Source: a virus. Taken from it: a stretch of DNA of 64,000 nt. Both the position numbers and the translations under genes were made by a program. Positions 46,364 through 55,304 of the stretch are shown piece after piece. The notes below the pieces were generated by a model that saw nothing but the letters and a program-made list of their open reading frames with translations, was not told the DNA's origin and searched no databases. The DNA lies in the IMG/VR virus record IMGVR_UViG_3300046684_000205, positions 29,479-93,478 of that record; one strand, 5' to 3'. The stretch's first letter is position 1. Every line of letters begins with the position of its first letter.

Positions 46364-47590
46364 TTACGCGATGACCAATCTCGTGAACGGAGTCAACTCG
46401 GCATCTCCGAAAGTGCGATATACCTCCTGGCTCCAATGCATGACCATCATGGAGCTGCGACGCAGGATGAATTCTTCGGTCGCCTGGTACTCGGCTTCGG
46501 TGTTCGAGACCGAGGTGATCGCCTTGCGGGCATCCAGACCCCAGACTTCGCCGGCCGGCACCGGGCCGCCCTGGGCTGCCGAGTCGACGATGAAGAAGGT
46601 CACGTCCTGGAAGTCCAGGTTGGTGACGCGTGCCTGCGCTTCGATGATCGGCAGACGCGAATCGTAAGCCGACAGGCCCGGACGGCCGGCGCGGTTTTCG
46701 ATCTTCAGGTAGGTGTCGATATCGCAGATCGCGTGCGTGATCTTGCGCGACTTGCGCTTGTCGGTCAGCCACTTCACCCAGGCCTTGTGGGTCATCACGC
46801 CGCCGGTGGCATTGGCGTCGTACGAGGTCGAGTTCACGGTCGGCACGGTGCCGATCACCATGTCGTTGTCGCCGACGTACAGGCTCGAGATGTAGTTGTA
46901 GACGCGCTGGTCTTTCTCGATTTCCTGGTAGCGCTTGACGGTCATGGCCAGCAGATCCAGGGTCTGGGTCTTCATGGCCTGCGCCGACATCTCGATACCG
47001 ATACCGTAGGTCGGCAGACGACGCACCTTGTCGCTGGTGGTGATCTGCAGGATGGTCGGCACCATGGCCAGCTGCGAGACGCGCTGGGCCTTGGCCTTGG
47101 TCGGACCCTGCTCGCCCGGGATCGTGTAGTTGATCAGCGGCTGCTCGAAGGTGTCGCCACCGATCGAGGTGTGCTGGGCTACCATGCTCTCGAACACCTG
47201 GGTGTCGGTGGTGCGGTCGACGTCGACAGCAGCTTCGATCGCAGCGATCAGCGCGGCCGGGAACAGGTTGCGCGACTGCGAACCGTAGGGGTTACCCTTC
47301 TGCTGCACGTTGGTCGAGCTGGCAGCTTCGAAGCTGGACTTGCCCTCCAGGATGTCGGCGACGATCGGCGAACGCAGGCCGAAGGGGTTCTTGCCCGACG
47401 GCATGGTGATCAGACCTTCGGATGCGCACAGCTGCGCGAAGGGCGAGCCCTGCGAGACGTCGCAGTCAGCCTGGAACTTGGCGTTCAGGTACTGCGGAAC
47501 CGACTTCTGCGCCGCCTTCGCGGCAGCATACACGGCCGCATCGATCTGGACGTGTTCGGCGTTGCCGTCTTTATTGATGAAAAATGCCAT
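46364..47590 (-). CDS. major capsid protein
   Basis: 408 aa after protease/scaffold/decoration genes; YGIGIEMS; strong codon bias; followed by terminator. Confidence 0.85.
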   Translation of the reverse strand: MAFFINKDGNAEHVQIDAAVYAAAKAAQKSVPQYLNAKFQADCDVSQGSPFAQLCASEGLITMPSGKNPFGLRSPIVADILEGKSSFEAASSTNVQQKGNPYGSQSRNLFPAALIAAIEAAVDVDRTTDTQVFESMVAQHTSIGGDTFEQPLINYTIPGEQGPTKAKAQRVSQLAMVPTILQITTSDKVRRLPTYGIGIEMSAQAMKTQTLDLLAMTVKRYQEIEKDQRVYNYISSLYVGDNDMVIGTVPTVNSTSYDANATGGVMTHKAWVKWLTDKRKSRKITHAICDIDTYLKIENRAGRPGLSAYDSRLPIIEAQARVTNLDFQDVTFFIVDSAAQGGPVPAGEVWGLDARKAITSVSNTEAEYQATEEFILRRSSMMVMHWSQEVYRTFGDAELTPFTRLVIA

Positions 47591-47595
47591 TTTAA

Positions 47596-48144
47596 TTAGC
47601 TCCCGACGCGGGTGATGACGATGGTGGTGCCGGGAGCCCCGGTACCGGCTTGGCCGAGCGATACGACGCGCCAGGCATGTGCAGACAGCTTCATCTGGGC
47701 AGCAGCGCCGGCAAGATCTGCCGGGGTGGCGCCCAGTTGCTGGGTGGCTTTCAGGACCTTCGGGTAGGCGGTGGTCATCGCCACGCCCTTGGCGTCCTGA
47801 GTGCCGGCCACGACGTAGTCGCCGACGGCCAGGTTGCCAGTGCCTTCGGTCGCCTGCAGGCCGTTGGCGGTCGCGTAGATTTCCTTGTTTTCCTTGATGC
47901 CGCCGATGGTCCAGCCGTCGGAAGTCGCAGCTTCGACCGAGACGATCTGGCCTTCGATGACGTCGCCGGACGCGCAGAGGTCATACTGCGACTCGCCGAC
48001 CAGCTTGACGAATTTGCTCTCTTCCAGGAAGGTCATGGAGCCGCCGGTGCCCGGGACGCCGCCGACCGTGCGCGATGCGCCCAGACGGACGACCATGACG
48101 TCGGGAGTCGGCCCCGTCGGAGTGATGTAGTGTGCTTTGGACAT
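47596..48144 (-). CDS. head decoration protein
   Basis: directly upstream of MCP; LAVGDYVVA. Confidence 0.65.
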   Translation of the reverse strand: MSKAHYITPTGPTPDVMVVRLGASRTVGGVPGTGGSMTFLEESKFVKLVGESQYDLCASGDVIEGQIVSVEAATSDGWTIGGIKENKEIYATANGLQATEGTGNLAVGDYVVAGTQDAKGVAMTTAYPKVLKATQQLGATPADLAGAAAQMKLSAHAWRVVSLGQAGTGAPGTTIVITRVGS

Positions 48145-48155
48145 GGTGCGCCCCT

Positions 48156-48752
48156 TTATTTAACGAGAGAGTTTTCCACTGCCGCGGCAAACATCGGACT
48201 GACGGTGGCCTTGGTGTTGGGTTTTTCTTCCGGCGACGCCGCGGCTGCGACACCGCCGACACGGAATTGGGTTTTGTACACGCCGTCGATGCGTTTGAAC
48301 TCGGCAGCGATGTTCTCGGCGGTGTACGCCGCAGCGATGTCGGCCGAGCCGCCCAGCGCCACCAGCTTTTCGCCGATCGCGGTACGCAGCACTTCGACCA
48401 GCCCGTCGGTGGCCGCAGCCTTGGTCTTGTAGCCTTCGGCCTCGACCTTGGTGGCCAGCAGCGCGGTGTTCGCTTCGGTCAGCTGGGTCTGCAGGTGCGC
48501 GACCAGTTCGGACGGCTGCGCGACAGCAGCTTTTGCCGCTGCGTCGGCTGCAGCCTTCGTCGCAGCTTCTGCGTCGGCTGCAGCTTTGGTGTCGGCTGCA
48601 GCTTTGACGTCGGCTGCAGCTTTGGCGTCGGCCTCGGCTGCGAGCTTCTGCTCTTCGGTCAGGTTTGCTTCAGGAGCCGTCGCCAGCGCAGCGATTGCCT
48701 CCGGAGTAGCGCCCGCTTTCAGGGCGGCAATTTGTGCGGCGTTAAGTTTCAT
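48156..48752 (-). CDS. scaffolding-like protein
   Basis: Ala-rich coiled coil between protease and capsid genes. Confidence 0.7.
   Translation of the reverse strand: MKLNAAQIAALKAGATPEAIAALATAPEANLTEEQKLAAEADAKAAADVKAAADTKAAADAEAATKAAADAAAKAAVAQPSELVAHLQTQLTEANTALLATKVEAEGYKTKAAATDGLVEVLRTAIGEKLVALGGSADIAAAYTAENIAAEFKRIDGVYKTQFRVGGVAAAASPEEKPNTKATVSPMFAAAVENSLVK
48539..48642 (-). repeat. imperfect 18-bp (KAAADx) repeats in the scaffold gene
   Basis: GTCGGCTGCAGC recurs; DAKAAADVKAAADTKAAAD. Confidence 0.75.
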
Positions 48753-48778
48753 TTCGGCATTCCTTTTGAATGATGGCA

Positions 48779-48807
48779 ATTATTGGGCACGGATTTTGCT
48801 TTGTCAA
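48779..48807 (-). promoter_or_regulatory. scaffold/capsid promoter
   Basis: TTGACA-17 nt-AATAAT. Confidence 0.65.
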
Positions 48808-49604
48808 CGATTTTTCGCTGCGGCAACAGCCTGGTCGAAAGTCTGCACCTTCTTGACGAGGCCGGCGGTCACGGCACGCTGGCCAAGGAAGGTCCGACCC
48901 TTGCCCATGTGCTCGCGCACGTGGCTGGCGGACACACCCAGCATCTGGCCGACGTGTTCTTCGAACAGCGCGGCGACGTCGTTCACCTGGCTCTGCATCT
49001 CAGCCTTGGCGGCATCCGACAGCGGCTCGTAGGGGTTGCCCAGCATCTTGAATTCGCCCGAGCGCACGACAGTCTTGTCGACCCCGGCTTCGGTCAGCTG
49101 GCGGTGATAGGCGGTATGGATCTGGACGGCGCCGATCGAGCCGGTCACGCCCATCGGGCTGATCGACAGGTTGTCGGCAGCGCTCATGGCCCAGTAGGCG
49201 GCGGAAGCGCCAACGGTGCTGATGTGGCCGTCGATCGGCTTGATCGCCTTGATCTGCTCGATGTAGTCGGCAAGTGGTTGGGCGCCGCTGGCGGCGCCGC
49301 CGCCAGAGCGACCATCGAGCAGGATCCGCTTGACGTCGCCATCCATGGCGGCCTGGGACAGGGCGTCCTCGATGTCGGCGTAGCCGGTGACGCCGAAGAA
49401 CGACAGCCAGCCGGCGTGACCCTCGATCAGCGAGCCGCTGATCGGGATGATGGCCAGGCTGCCCTGCTTCTGCCAGGTCTTGGGCATCTCAGGGCTTTCG
49501 CCCCCGCGCGCCAGCAGTTCCTGCGCCATGACCTTCACACTGGCCAAGGCCTGCAGGTAGACTTCGAAGCTCTCTTCCGAGCCGGCCCAGAAAATCGGGG
49601 TCAT
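48804..49604 (-). CDS. S49 prohead protease
   Basis: SGGG, ASAAYW, GSIG, SGEFK, GRTFLGQRAVTAGLV. Confidence 0.9.
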   Translation of the reverse strand: MTPIFWAGSEESFEVYLQALASVKVMAQELLARGGESPEMPKTWQKQGSLAIIPISGSLIEGHAGWLSFFGVTGYADIEDALSQAAMDGDVKRILLDGRSGGGAASGAQPLADYIEQIKAIKPIDGHISTVGASAAYWAMSAADNLSISPMGVTGSIGAVQIHTAYHRQLTEAGVDKTVVRSGEFKMLGNPYEPLSDAAKAEMQSQVNDVAALFEEHVGQMLGVSASHVREHMGKGRTFLGQRAVTAGLVKKVQTFDQAVAAAKNR

Positions 49605-51187
49605 TTTTGCGGTCCTTTCGGTTTGCTCGGGGCGTCGGACTTCTGGCCCTGCTGGCTGGCGCCCTGTTTGTTGCCCAGAGGCGACGCTTTGCTGTTCGGA
49701 TTGGTCGGGTCGGCGGACGTGCCATCACCAGGCGCCGCCGCGGCGCCGGTGGCCGGCGTGAAGAAACCGGTGCCGGACAGCGGCTTGAAGCCGTCCGGCG
49801 TCATCTCGCCCGTCAGCTCGAGCGAAGCCTCGTCGTCGGTCAGGAATCCCAAGCTCAGGAGCTCGAGGTTGCGGGCCTGCTTCATCGACTTGAAGCTCTC
49901 GAGCTCCAGGGTCGGGCGCAGGTTGATGTCGTCATAGAGGAATTCGACGGTGACGTCCATGCCGAACAGGCGCACGGCCAGCGTCATCGCCTTGGAGAAG
50001 ATCTCCTGCAGCTTGACGCGGATGATGCCGTTGGCACTCATCATGAAGACCATGGTCTCGGTCGACGCCACGTTCTGTGAGCCAGAGCCGTGACCCAGGA
50101 TCGACGGCATCACCTTGGCGCCGGTCGATACCTTTTCGTCGACGATGCCCTTGACAGTGTCGAAGCTCTCGGCACTGTTGTTGCTCTTCATGTCGACCAC
50201 GGAGACCGTGAAGAAGTCGAAGTGGATGATCGCGTCTTCCGGGTTCATCGTGTTGATGACCGACTGGATGTTCGCGAGCGTGCCGTTGATGAATTCATTC
50301 AGCAGTTTGGTGTCGTGCAGGATCTCCGGCGGGATCCGCAGGCGCAGCTTCTCTTCATCGATTTCGACGTCGTAGCGTGGGAACACGGAACGCTTACAGA
50401 TGCGGCGCATGTCGTTGGCAAAATCGGCCGCCGTCAGCACCGGCTGCACCGCGGCCTCCATCGGGCTGATCGCATAGGCGGTCAGCAGATCCTGGTCGAG
50501 CGAGGTATAGAAGAAAGTCGGGATGTCGAGGTCGATGTATTCGCCGCCGATCAGCTGCTGGGCCTTGATGCCCTGGCTGTTCTTGTCCTCGACGAACACC
50601 AGCTGGGACACGGCCACCGGCTGGAACTTGTAGGGCATGCGGTTCTTGTCCAGCACCAGTTCCAGCGCCATGGCGCCCTCGACGAGGATCTCCTTGCCCA
50701 GAGCTTCGGCCACCGAGCGCAGGCTCGAGACCTGGGAGAAGCCGGAAGCGTAGTCGGGCATGAGGTCGAACTGGCGCAGGATGCTGTTGGCCAGCGCGGT
50801 CGCCTCGCGATTGAAACTGCCGTCGATATTGCGCGCCTTGACCTTCCACTTCTCCGGAATGCCGACCCGCAGGAAGGCGTTGGAGGCAGCCGACAGGTCT
50901 GGCGTCAGGCGCGCCAGACTCCGGATAGCGCCGGGCGTGCTCGCCGCTTGGCGCGCGGCCGCGGCAATGTCGGTCGTGACGACCCGGCTATCCTGCTTGG
51001 TCAGTGGCGAGGTGACATAGCTGGTGTTCGGCACGTAGCCGGGTTGGGTCACCTGTTTGTTCGGCGTCTTCGGTGTCTCGATCAGCGGCAGCGCCGGCAG
51101 GCTGGTGGCTGGCTGGAGCGTGCCAGTGCCCTTCCCCGCCTTGGGCGTGGTCAGCTTGGCAAACAGTTGGCGGGCGGCATCGAACAT
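49601..51187 (-). CDS. portal protein
   Basis: 528 aa between terminase and protease genes; PSILG motif. Confidence 0.82.
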   Translation of the reverse strand: MFDAARQLFAKLTTPKAGKGTGTLQPATSLPALPLIETPKTPNKQVTQPGYVPNTSYVTSPLTKQDSRVVTTDIAAAARQAASTPGAIRSLARLTPDLSAASNAFLRVGIPEKWKVKARNIDGSFNREATALANSILRQFDLMPDYASGFSQVSSLRSVAEALGKEILVEGAMALELVLDKNRMPYKFQPVAVSQLVFVEDKNSQGIKAQQLIGGEYIDLDIPTFFYTSLDQDLLTAYAISPMEAAVQPVLTAADFANDMRRICKRSVFPRYDVEIDEEKLRLRIPPEILHDTKLLNEFINGTLANIQSVINTMNPEDAIIHFDFFTVSVVDMKSNNSAESFDTVKGIVDEKVSTGAKVMPSILGHGSGSQNVASTETMVFMMSANGIIRVKLQEIFSKAMTLAVRLFGMDVTVEFLYDDINLRPTLELESFKSMKQARNLELLSLGFLTDDEASLELTGEMTPDGFKPLSGTGFFTPATGAAAAPGDGTSADPTNPNSKASPLGNKQGASQQGQKSDAPSKPKGPQK

Positions 51188-51194
51188 GACGCCG

Positions 51195-51223
51195 AGTATC
51201 GCACCGAACTATCCGGCTGGCAA
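51195..51223 (-). promoter_or_regulatory. portal promoter, predicted leaderless mRNA
   Basis: TTGCCA-17 nt-GATACT, 7 nt from ATG, no SD. Confidence 0.55.
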
Positions 51224-51240
51224 GGTTTTTGCTTGCGCTG

Positions 51241-51266
51241 AAGAAAAAGCCCGCGGTGGCGGGCTC
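51241..51266 (-). terminator. intrinsic terminator
   Basis: AGCCCGC-CACC-GCGGGCT-TTTTCTT on the minus strand. Confidence 0.75.
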
Positions 51267-51354
51267 GTCCTCGGCTGGGAACCCCCAGCCCTTACCTGCC
51301 GAGAGCGGCCCGACTGGCTGAATCTGCACCTTGCCGGTGCGCAACTTCAATGTA

Positions 51355-51657
51355 TCACAGCTGCAGGCCGGCCAGCAACTCTCGTGTGATGCTGGTAAGG
51401 TACCTGGCGTGTGCGGCGTGGCCGTTGATGGCCTGGGTCAGCTCGGCGCCCTCCGGCTCCTTGGCCGGCGCTAATCCAACCGTCGGAACAGAAAAGATGA
51501 CCGGCATCAGGCGGGTGCGCAGTTCGCTAAGCGAATTCTCCAGCGAGCTGAGTTCGTCGCGCAGCGTTGCCATGGCGACCGGGATCTGCAGCGCTGCCGG
51601 CGGGGCGGCGTTAACGCTGCCGCCGACGCGCAGATCTATCGAGGAAATATTTTGCAT
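51355..51657 (-). CDS. hypothetical coiled-coil protein
   Basis: AAGGAG RBS; own promoter and terminator. Confidence 0.7.
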   Translation of the reverse strand: MQNISSIDLRVGGSVNAAPPAALQIPVAMATLRDELSSLENSLSELRTRLMPVIFSVPTVGLAPAKEPEGAELTQAINGHAAHARYLTSITRELLAGLQL

Positions 51658-51683
51658 GGAGTTCTCCTTGTGGTGGGAACTCT

Positions 51684-51713
51684 AGTGTATGGCAAACTAT
51701 TTCCAGATGTCAA
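51684..51713 (-). promoter_or_regulatory. promoter
   Basis: TTGACA-18 nt-TACACT; spacer contains AGTTTGCC. Confidence 0.55.
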
Positions 51714-53407
51714 TGCTTTACGCGGAAGCTGGCGAACAGCGGCACGCCGGTGAACGCGATCTCGCGCGAGGCGGTTGCCATCAGCTGTGACGCCACGTGC
51801 AGATAGCCCAAGGTGTGCATGAAGTGGTCGTTGCCTTCCTTCGACTTGGTCCAGGTGTAGTAGAGCTCCTGGTGTTTGTCGAAGGCCTGGGTGCGCTTCA
51901 TGTCGACCATGTGCAGCTTCCACAGCGTGTCGGTATGGTCGCCCTGCTCGACCCAGCTGATGGCGCCGGTCTTGTACATGTTCATCACCTCGTCGAAATT
52001 GACGTCGCGATGGATCTTGGCCTGGTTGATCGGCAGCTTGCCCTCGGCTTCGTTCTTGTCGACCATGACGATTTCATAGGTCGCCAGCTTCAGGCTGCTG
52101 TTGTAGACGGCGCCATACAGGTTCTTGTCCTGGGCCTGCATCCGATGCACCAGGTTGGTCTCGGGGAAGGCGTCGACCACGGTGATCAGCACGCGCCACT
52201 TCGCCGCCAGCTCGCGCCGGCGAAGCTCCAACTTGGCAAGTGGTACCTGCTCGCGGTAGCAGACCAGTAGCCGGTTGTCCAGCGTGCGCCGGCCGATCGC
52301 GATGTGGCAGATCTGACCGACGTCGATGCCCATGGCGTGCAAGTCGCCGGTGTGCAGGCTGCCGTTGGTATATTTGCACTTCTCGACGTCGGCGTCGGTC
52401 AGCTGGCTGCTGCCGGCGTCGGCCGTCTCGCCCAGCGCCTGGTTGACGAATTCCGCCCAGGTCTTGTACTTCGTGATCTCGAGGATCAGGGAAGGGACCG
52501 TGACGATCTCCGGCACCTCGAACGGCGTGACGTAATAGCCGATCGCCTCGAACTGGTCCTGCGGGTTTTCGCAGACCCACTCGCGGTGTTCCGGCGCCAG
52601 GCTCGGCTCCTCGTCGCAGGCCGGGCAGTGCAGGCGCGCCTCACGCCAGCGCAGCTGGTCGACGTTGTGCTTGTTGATGTCGCGGAACTCGCCCGCGTAA
52701 TCCGGAATCTTGACGTGCTTGTGGAAGCTGGGGACGAACTGGGCGCCGCAGTGGTTGCAGGTGCAGGCGCGGCGCATGCGGCGCGCGGCCGCCATCTCCA
52801 GCGCGATGCCGCGGCCATCGGTCGTCGGCGTGCCGAAGCGCCGCGTCAGCTTCCATTTGCTGTGCTTGATGCGCGACTGGAACTGGGCAAGGGTGTCCGG
52901 GTCCGAGCGGTCAACCTCGTCGTGGATCAGCATGTCCGCCGGCACCGACAGCGCGGTGGTCGAGCCGGAGCAGCCGCGCATGTACAGCAGGCTGGTGCCG
53001 ATCGACTTGATGCTGGCGTTGTTCAGGTCCTTGTCGATCGACTCGCGCAAGTCGGGCGACTCGTCGATGATGGGGTCGAGGCGGGTCTTGGTGAAGTTGA
53101 CGGCGTCGTTGGCGAACGGCAGCGTCATGATCACCGAGAAGTAGGGCATCACGCGGCTCACCGCCAGCGCGTAGCGCGCCATGCACTCCGACATACCGAC
53201 CTGGGCGCATTTCTGGACATACACCGTGCGGCTGGTGTCGGAGATGATGTCCTTCTGGAACTCGTGGTCGATGAACGAGAAGCGGTCGCCCTTGAGGAAG
53301 GTCTTCTCCTCGAGGTAGCGCACGACGTCATTCAGGTCGTAGCTGTCGAACAGCGCCTGCTCGAGGCGCTTCAGGTGCTCGAGCAGTGCGGGATCGGCGT
53401 GGCTCAC
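51710..53407 (-). CDS. terminase large subunit, lambda GpA-like
   Basis: KCAQVGMSE, IHDEVD, GTPT, CNHC/CPAC zinc ribbon, GIDVG, NDHFMH. Confidence 0.9.
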   Translation of the reverse strand: MSHADPALLEHLKRLEQALFDSYDLNDVVRYLEEKTFLKGDRFSFIDHEFQKDIISDTSRTVYVQKCAQVGMSECMARYALAVSRVMPYFSVIMTLPFANDAVNFTKTRLDPIIDESPDLRESIDKDLNNASIKSIGTSLLYMRGCSGSTTALSVPADMLIHDEVDRSDPDTLAQFQSRIKHSKWKLTRRFGTPTTDGRGIALEMAAARRMRRACTCNHCGAQFVPSFHKHVKIPDYAGEFRDINKHNVDQLRWREARLHCPACDEEPSLAPEHREWVCENPQDQFEAIGYYVTPFEVPEIVTVPSLILEITKYKTWAEFVNQALGETADAGSSQLTDADVEKCKYTNGSLHTGDLHAMGIDVGQICHIAIGRRTLDNRLLVCYREQVPLAKLELRRRELAAKWRVLITVVDAFPETNLVHRMQAQDKNLYGAVYNSSLKLATYEIVMVDKNEAEGKLPINQAKIHRDVNFDEVMNMYKTGAISWVEQGDHTDTLWKLHMVDMKRTQAFDKHQELYYTWTKSKEGNDHFMHTLGYLHVASQLMATASREIAFTGVPLFASFRVKH

Positions 53408-53643
53408 GGGTTGTCCTTGTCTGGCGGCGGGAAGTGGTAGCGCCCGGTCTTTTCCAGCTGCTCCAGGTAGTGCCAGATCGTCGTCAAGCGGTAGATGCGC
53501 CGCATACGGTGCCAGAGCGTAGCGCCCAGACACCAAGTCAGCAGACAGGCCGCGCCCAGTACGGCGGCAAGCAGCAGGGTGCCGCCCAGTGCCATGGCCA
53601 TATAGCAACAGAAGGTCGCGGAAGCGACAAGGAAGTGGATCAT
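53404..53643 (-). CDS. membrane protein
   Basis: long hydrophobic N-terminus. Confidence 0.6.
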   Translation of the reverse strand: MIHFLVASATFCCYMAMALGGTLLLAAVLGAACLLTWCLGATLWHRMRRIYRLTTIWHYLEQLEKTGRYHFPPPDKDNP

Positions 53644-53663
53644 GTCAGGCTCATTTCCCGGCC

Positions 53664-53903
53664 CTAGGCCAGCAGGTGGCGGTGCTCTTCCGGAATGCGC
53701 AGAGTGATGGTGCCCTTGATGACGTGCTCGACGAGCTCGTCGTTCTTGATGAGAAATTTGCCGTCGGCGCCGGTGCGGTACACGCAGGCTTCGCCGCGAT
53801 CGAGATCCACCCAGACGCAGGTGCCGCGCTGGATCGGCACGCCGCTTACCAGCACGTCGGTGATGTGGATTGCGACTGGATGCTTGCCGGCTTCGATTTT
53901 CAT
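53664..53903 (-). CDS. hypothetical protein
   Basis: GAGGAGG RBS, ATGA overlap. Confidence 0.7.
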   Translation of the reverse strand: MKIEAGKHPVAIHITDVLVSGVPIQRGTCVWVDLDRGEACVYRTGADGKFLIKNDELVEHVIKGTITLRIPEEHRHLLA

Positions 53904-54316
53904 GCTGCCTCCTCGGTTGGCGTTTCGTCTTCGGCTAGGTATTGGCTGTACAGGTCGAGGAAGCGCTTCTTCATCTCGTCCGTGCCCAGCAGGTCGAGCA
54001 CCTTGATGAAGGTGGACTCGAAGCGTTTCAGGCGCTCGGCGTCGTACACCACCTTCTGCTGCTTGACGATGTCCTTCAGCATGCTGCCGACGGAATTGAA
54101 CACCTGCGCGCGCTGGTTCGCCGGCACGCCCTTGTCGTCTTGCACGCTGGCGAGCAGGATCTGGCCGGAGCGGTATTGCATGCCCAGCTCTTCCGCAAGG
54201 TTGAGTTCCTTGAGGTCGAGGTTCAGGCGCTTGTCCAGGCGCAGGCGCAGCGCGATCAGCTCCTCGTCGTCGAGGCCCTCGAGCGGGTCGCTCTTGGCCT
54301 TGTCGACCTTGCTCAT
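53900..54316 (-). CDS. putative terminase small subunit
   Basis: helical ~138-aa protein upstream of TerL; position only. Confidence 0.45.
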   Translation of the reverse strand: MSKVDKAKSDPLEGLDDEELIALRLRLDKRLNLDLKELNLAEELGMQYRSGQILLASVQDDKGVPANQRAQVFNSVGSMLKDIVKQQKVVYDAERLKRFESTFIKVLDLLGTDEMKKRFLDLYSQYLAEDETPTEEAA

Positions 54317-54336
54317 GGCGTATTCTTTGATGGCCA

Positions 54337-54465
54337 TCAGATGGCTCCCAGCCAGCACAGGACGCTGAGTAGGCAGGGCACGCCGATGCTGCTGAGGAGG
54401 AGCAGCGCGGTGCCGGTGGCCAGGCTGGGTGCGGGTTGAGGTGGGTGACGGTGTCGGGTGCTCAT
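54337..54465 (-). CDS. 42-aa membrane peptide
   Basis: ATGA overlap; hydrophobic C-terminus. Confidence 0.4.
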   Translation of the reverse strand: MSTRHRHPPQPAPSLATGTALLLLSSIGVPCLLSVLCWLGAI

Positions 54466-54749
54466 AGGCTGGCTTTGATGCGGTAGATGGTCCGTTCGCT
54501 GCAGTGGGCGGCGCGTGCGGCGTCCTTCACCGACATGGTGGCGGCCGCGTTGCGGCGGAATTCGGCGCGCTGGGTTCGCAGCTCGGCGCTGCTGGGGGCG
54601 CGGACGATCGGCTCGCGCGTGACGCCCATGCGCGCCAGGACGCGGGAGACATAGGTTTCGTTGGTGCCGAGCAGGCGCGCGACTTCGCGGCCGGAGATCT
54701 CGCGGCGTCTGAGCTGGTCGAGGTAGGGTTTGAGGTCGTCGCGTAGCAT
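54462..54749 (-). CDS. double helix-turn-helix DNA-binding protein
   Basis: ISGREVARLLGTNETYVSRVL and MSVKDAARAAHCSERTIYRIK. Confidence 0.75.
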   Translation of the reverse strand: MLRDDLKPYLDQLRRREISGREVARLLGTNETYVSRVLARMGVTREPIVRAPSSAELRTQRAEFRRNAAATMSVKDAARAAHCSERTIYRIKASL

Positions 54750-54754
54750 GCAAT

Positions 54755-54769
54755 AAGTGTGCCACACTT
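54755..54769. promoter_or_regulatory. palindromic operator candidate overlapping a -10 element
   Basis: AAGTGTG-C-CACACTT perfect inverted repeat. Confidence 0.55.
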
Positions 54770-54794
54770 CAATGTTTTTGCCTAGAAACTGTCG

Positions 54795-54893
54795 GAATTT
54801 GGCAAAAATTTGAAAAATTTTCGAAAAATCTCTGAAAAATCAGGAATTTTGGGTAATTTATATGAAAAGTTTAGAAAATTGACGGAAATTTTT
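54795..54893. repeat. phased A/T-tract array (intrinsically bent DNA)
   Basis: about ten A/T tracts at ~10-nt spacing. Confidence 0.75.
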
Positions 54894-55211
54894 GGGCACC
54901 CAGGAGCCGGCGCCGACCAGGTTTCTACCAGGAAAGTACACCCGTCACCAAGCCTTCCAGCGCCCCGCTACGGGGCGCGCCGCTGGCGCATACCGCGACA
55001 CCGACAATTTCCGCGTGCAACCAGCGTCGTTTTGGCGCGTTCTAGGGCCATTGCACAAAAGCAACAATGCGTCTGGTCCAACCAGTTTCAGGCGATTGGT
55101 CCAACCACTTGCGCTATCCGGCCCGACCAGGCTGGCGCTGGTACGGTTTTTGCTTACCACGCCGCCATAGCTCGCACCTATCACCTGCCGGAATTCGATT
55201 AAGAAATACAA

Positions 55212-55241
55212 TTGTCCAATATCTCAGAAAAAACCCATAAT
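55212..55241 (+). promoter_or_regulatory. early promoter candidate
   Basis: TTGTCC-18 nt-CATAAT. Confidence 0.45.
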
Positions 55242-55304
55242 TACGACTTAGTAGTGCAGTTCTACCCGGCCAGCTGGCCCAACCCGATTCATAGGAGTTC
55301 AATC

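Noticed and set aside
48539-48642. Repeats as CRISPR or DGR elements
   Set aside because: They are in-frame coding repeats without spacers; no cas or reverse transcriptase gene was seen.
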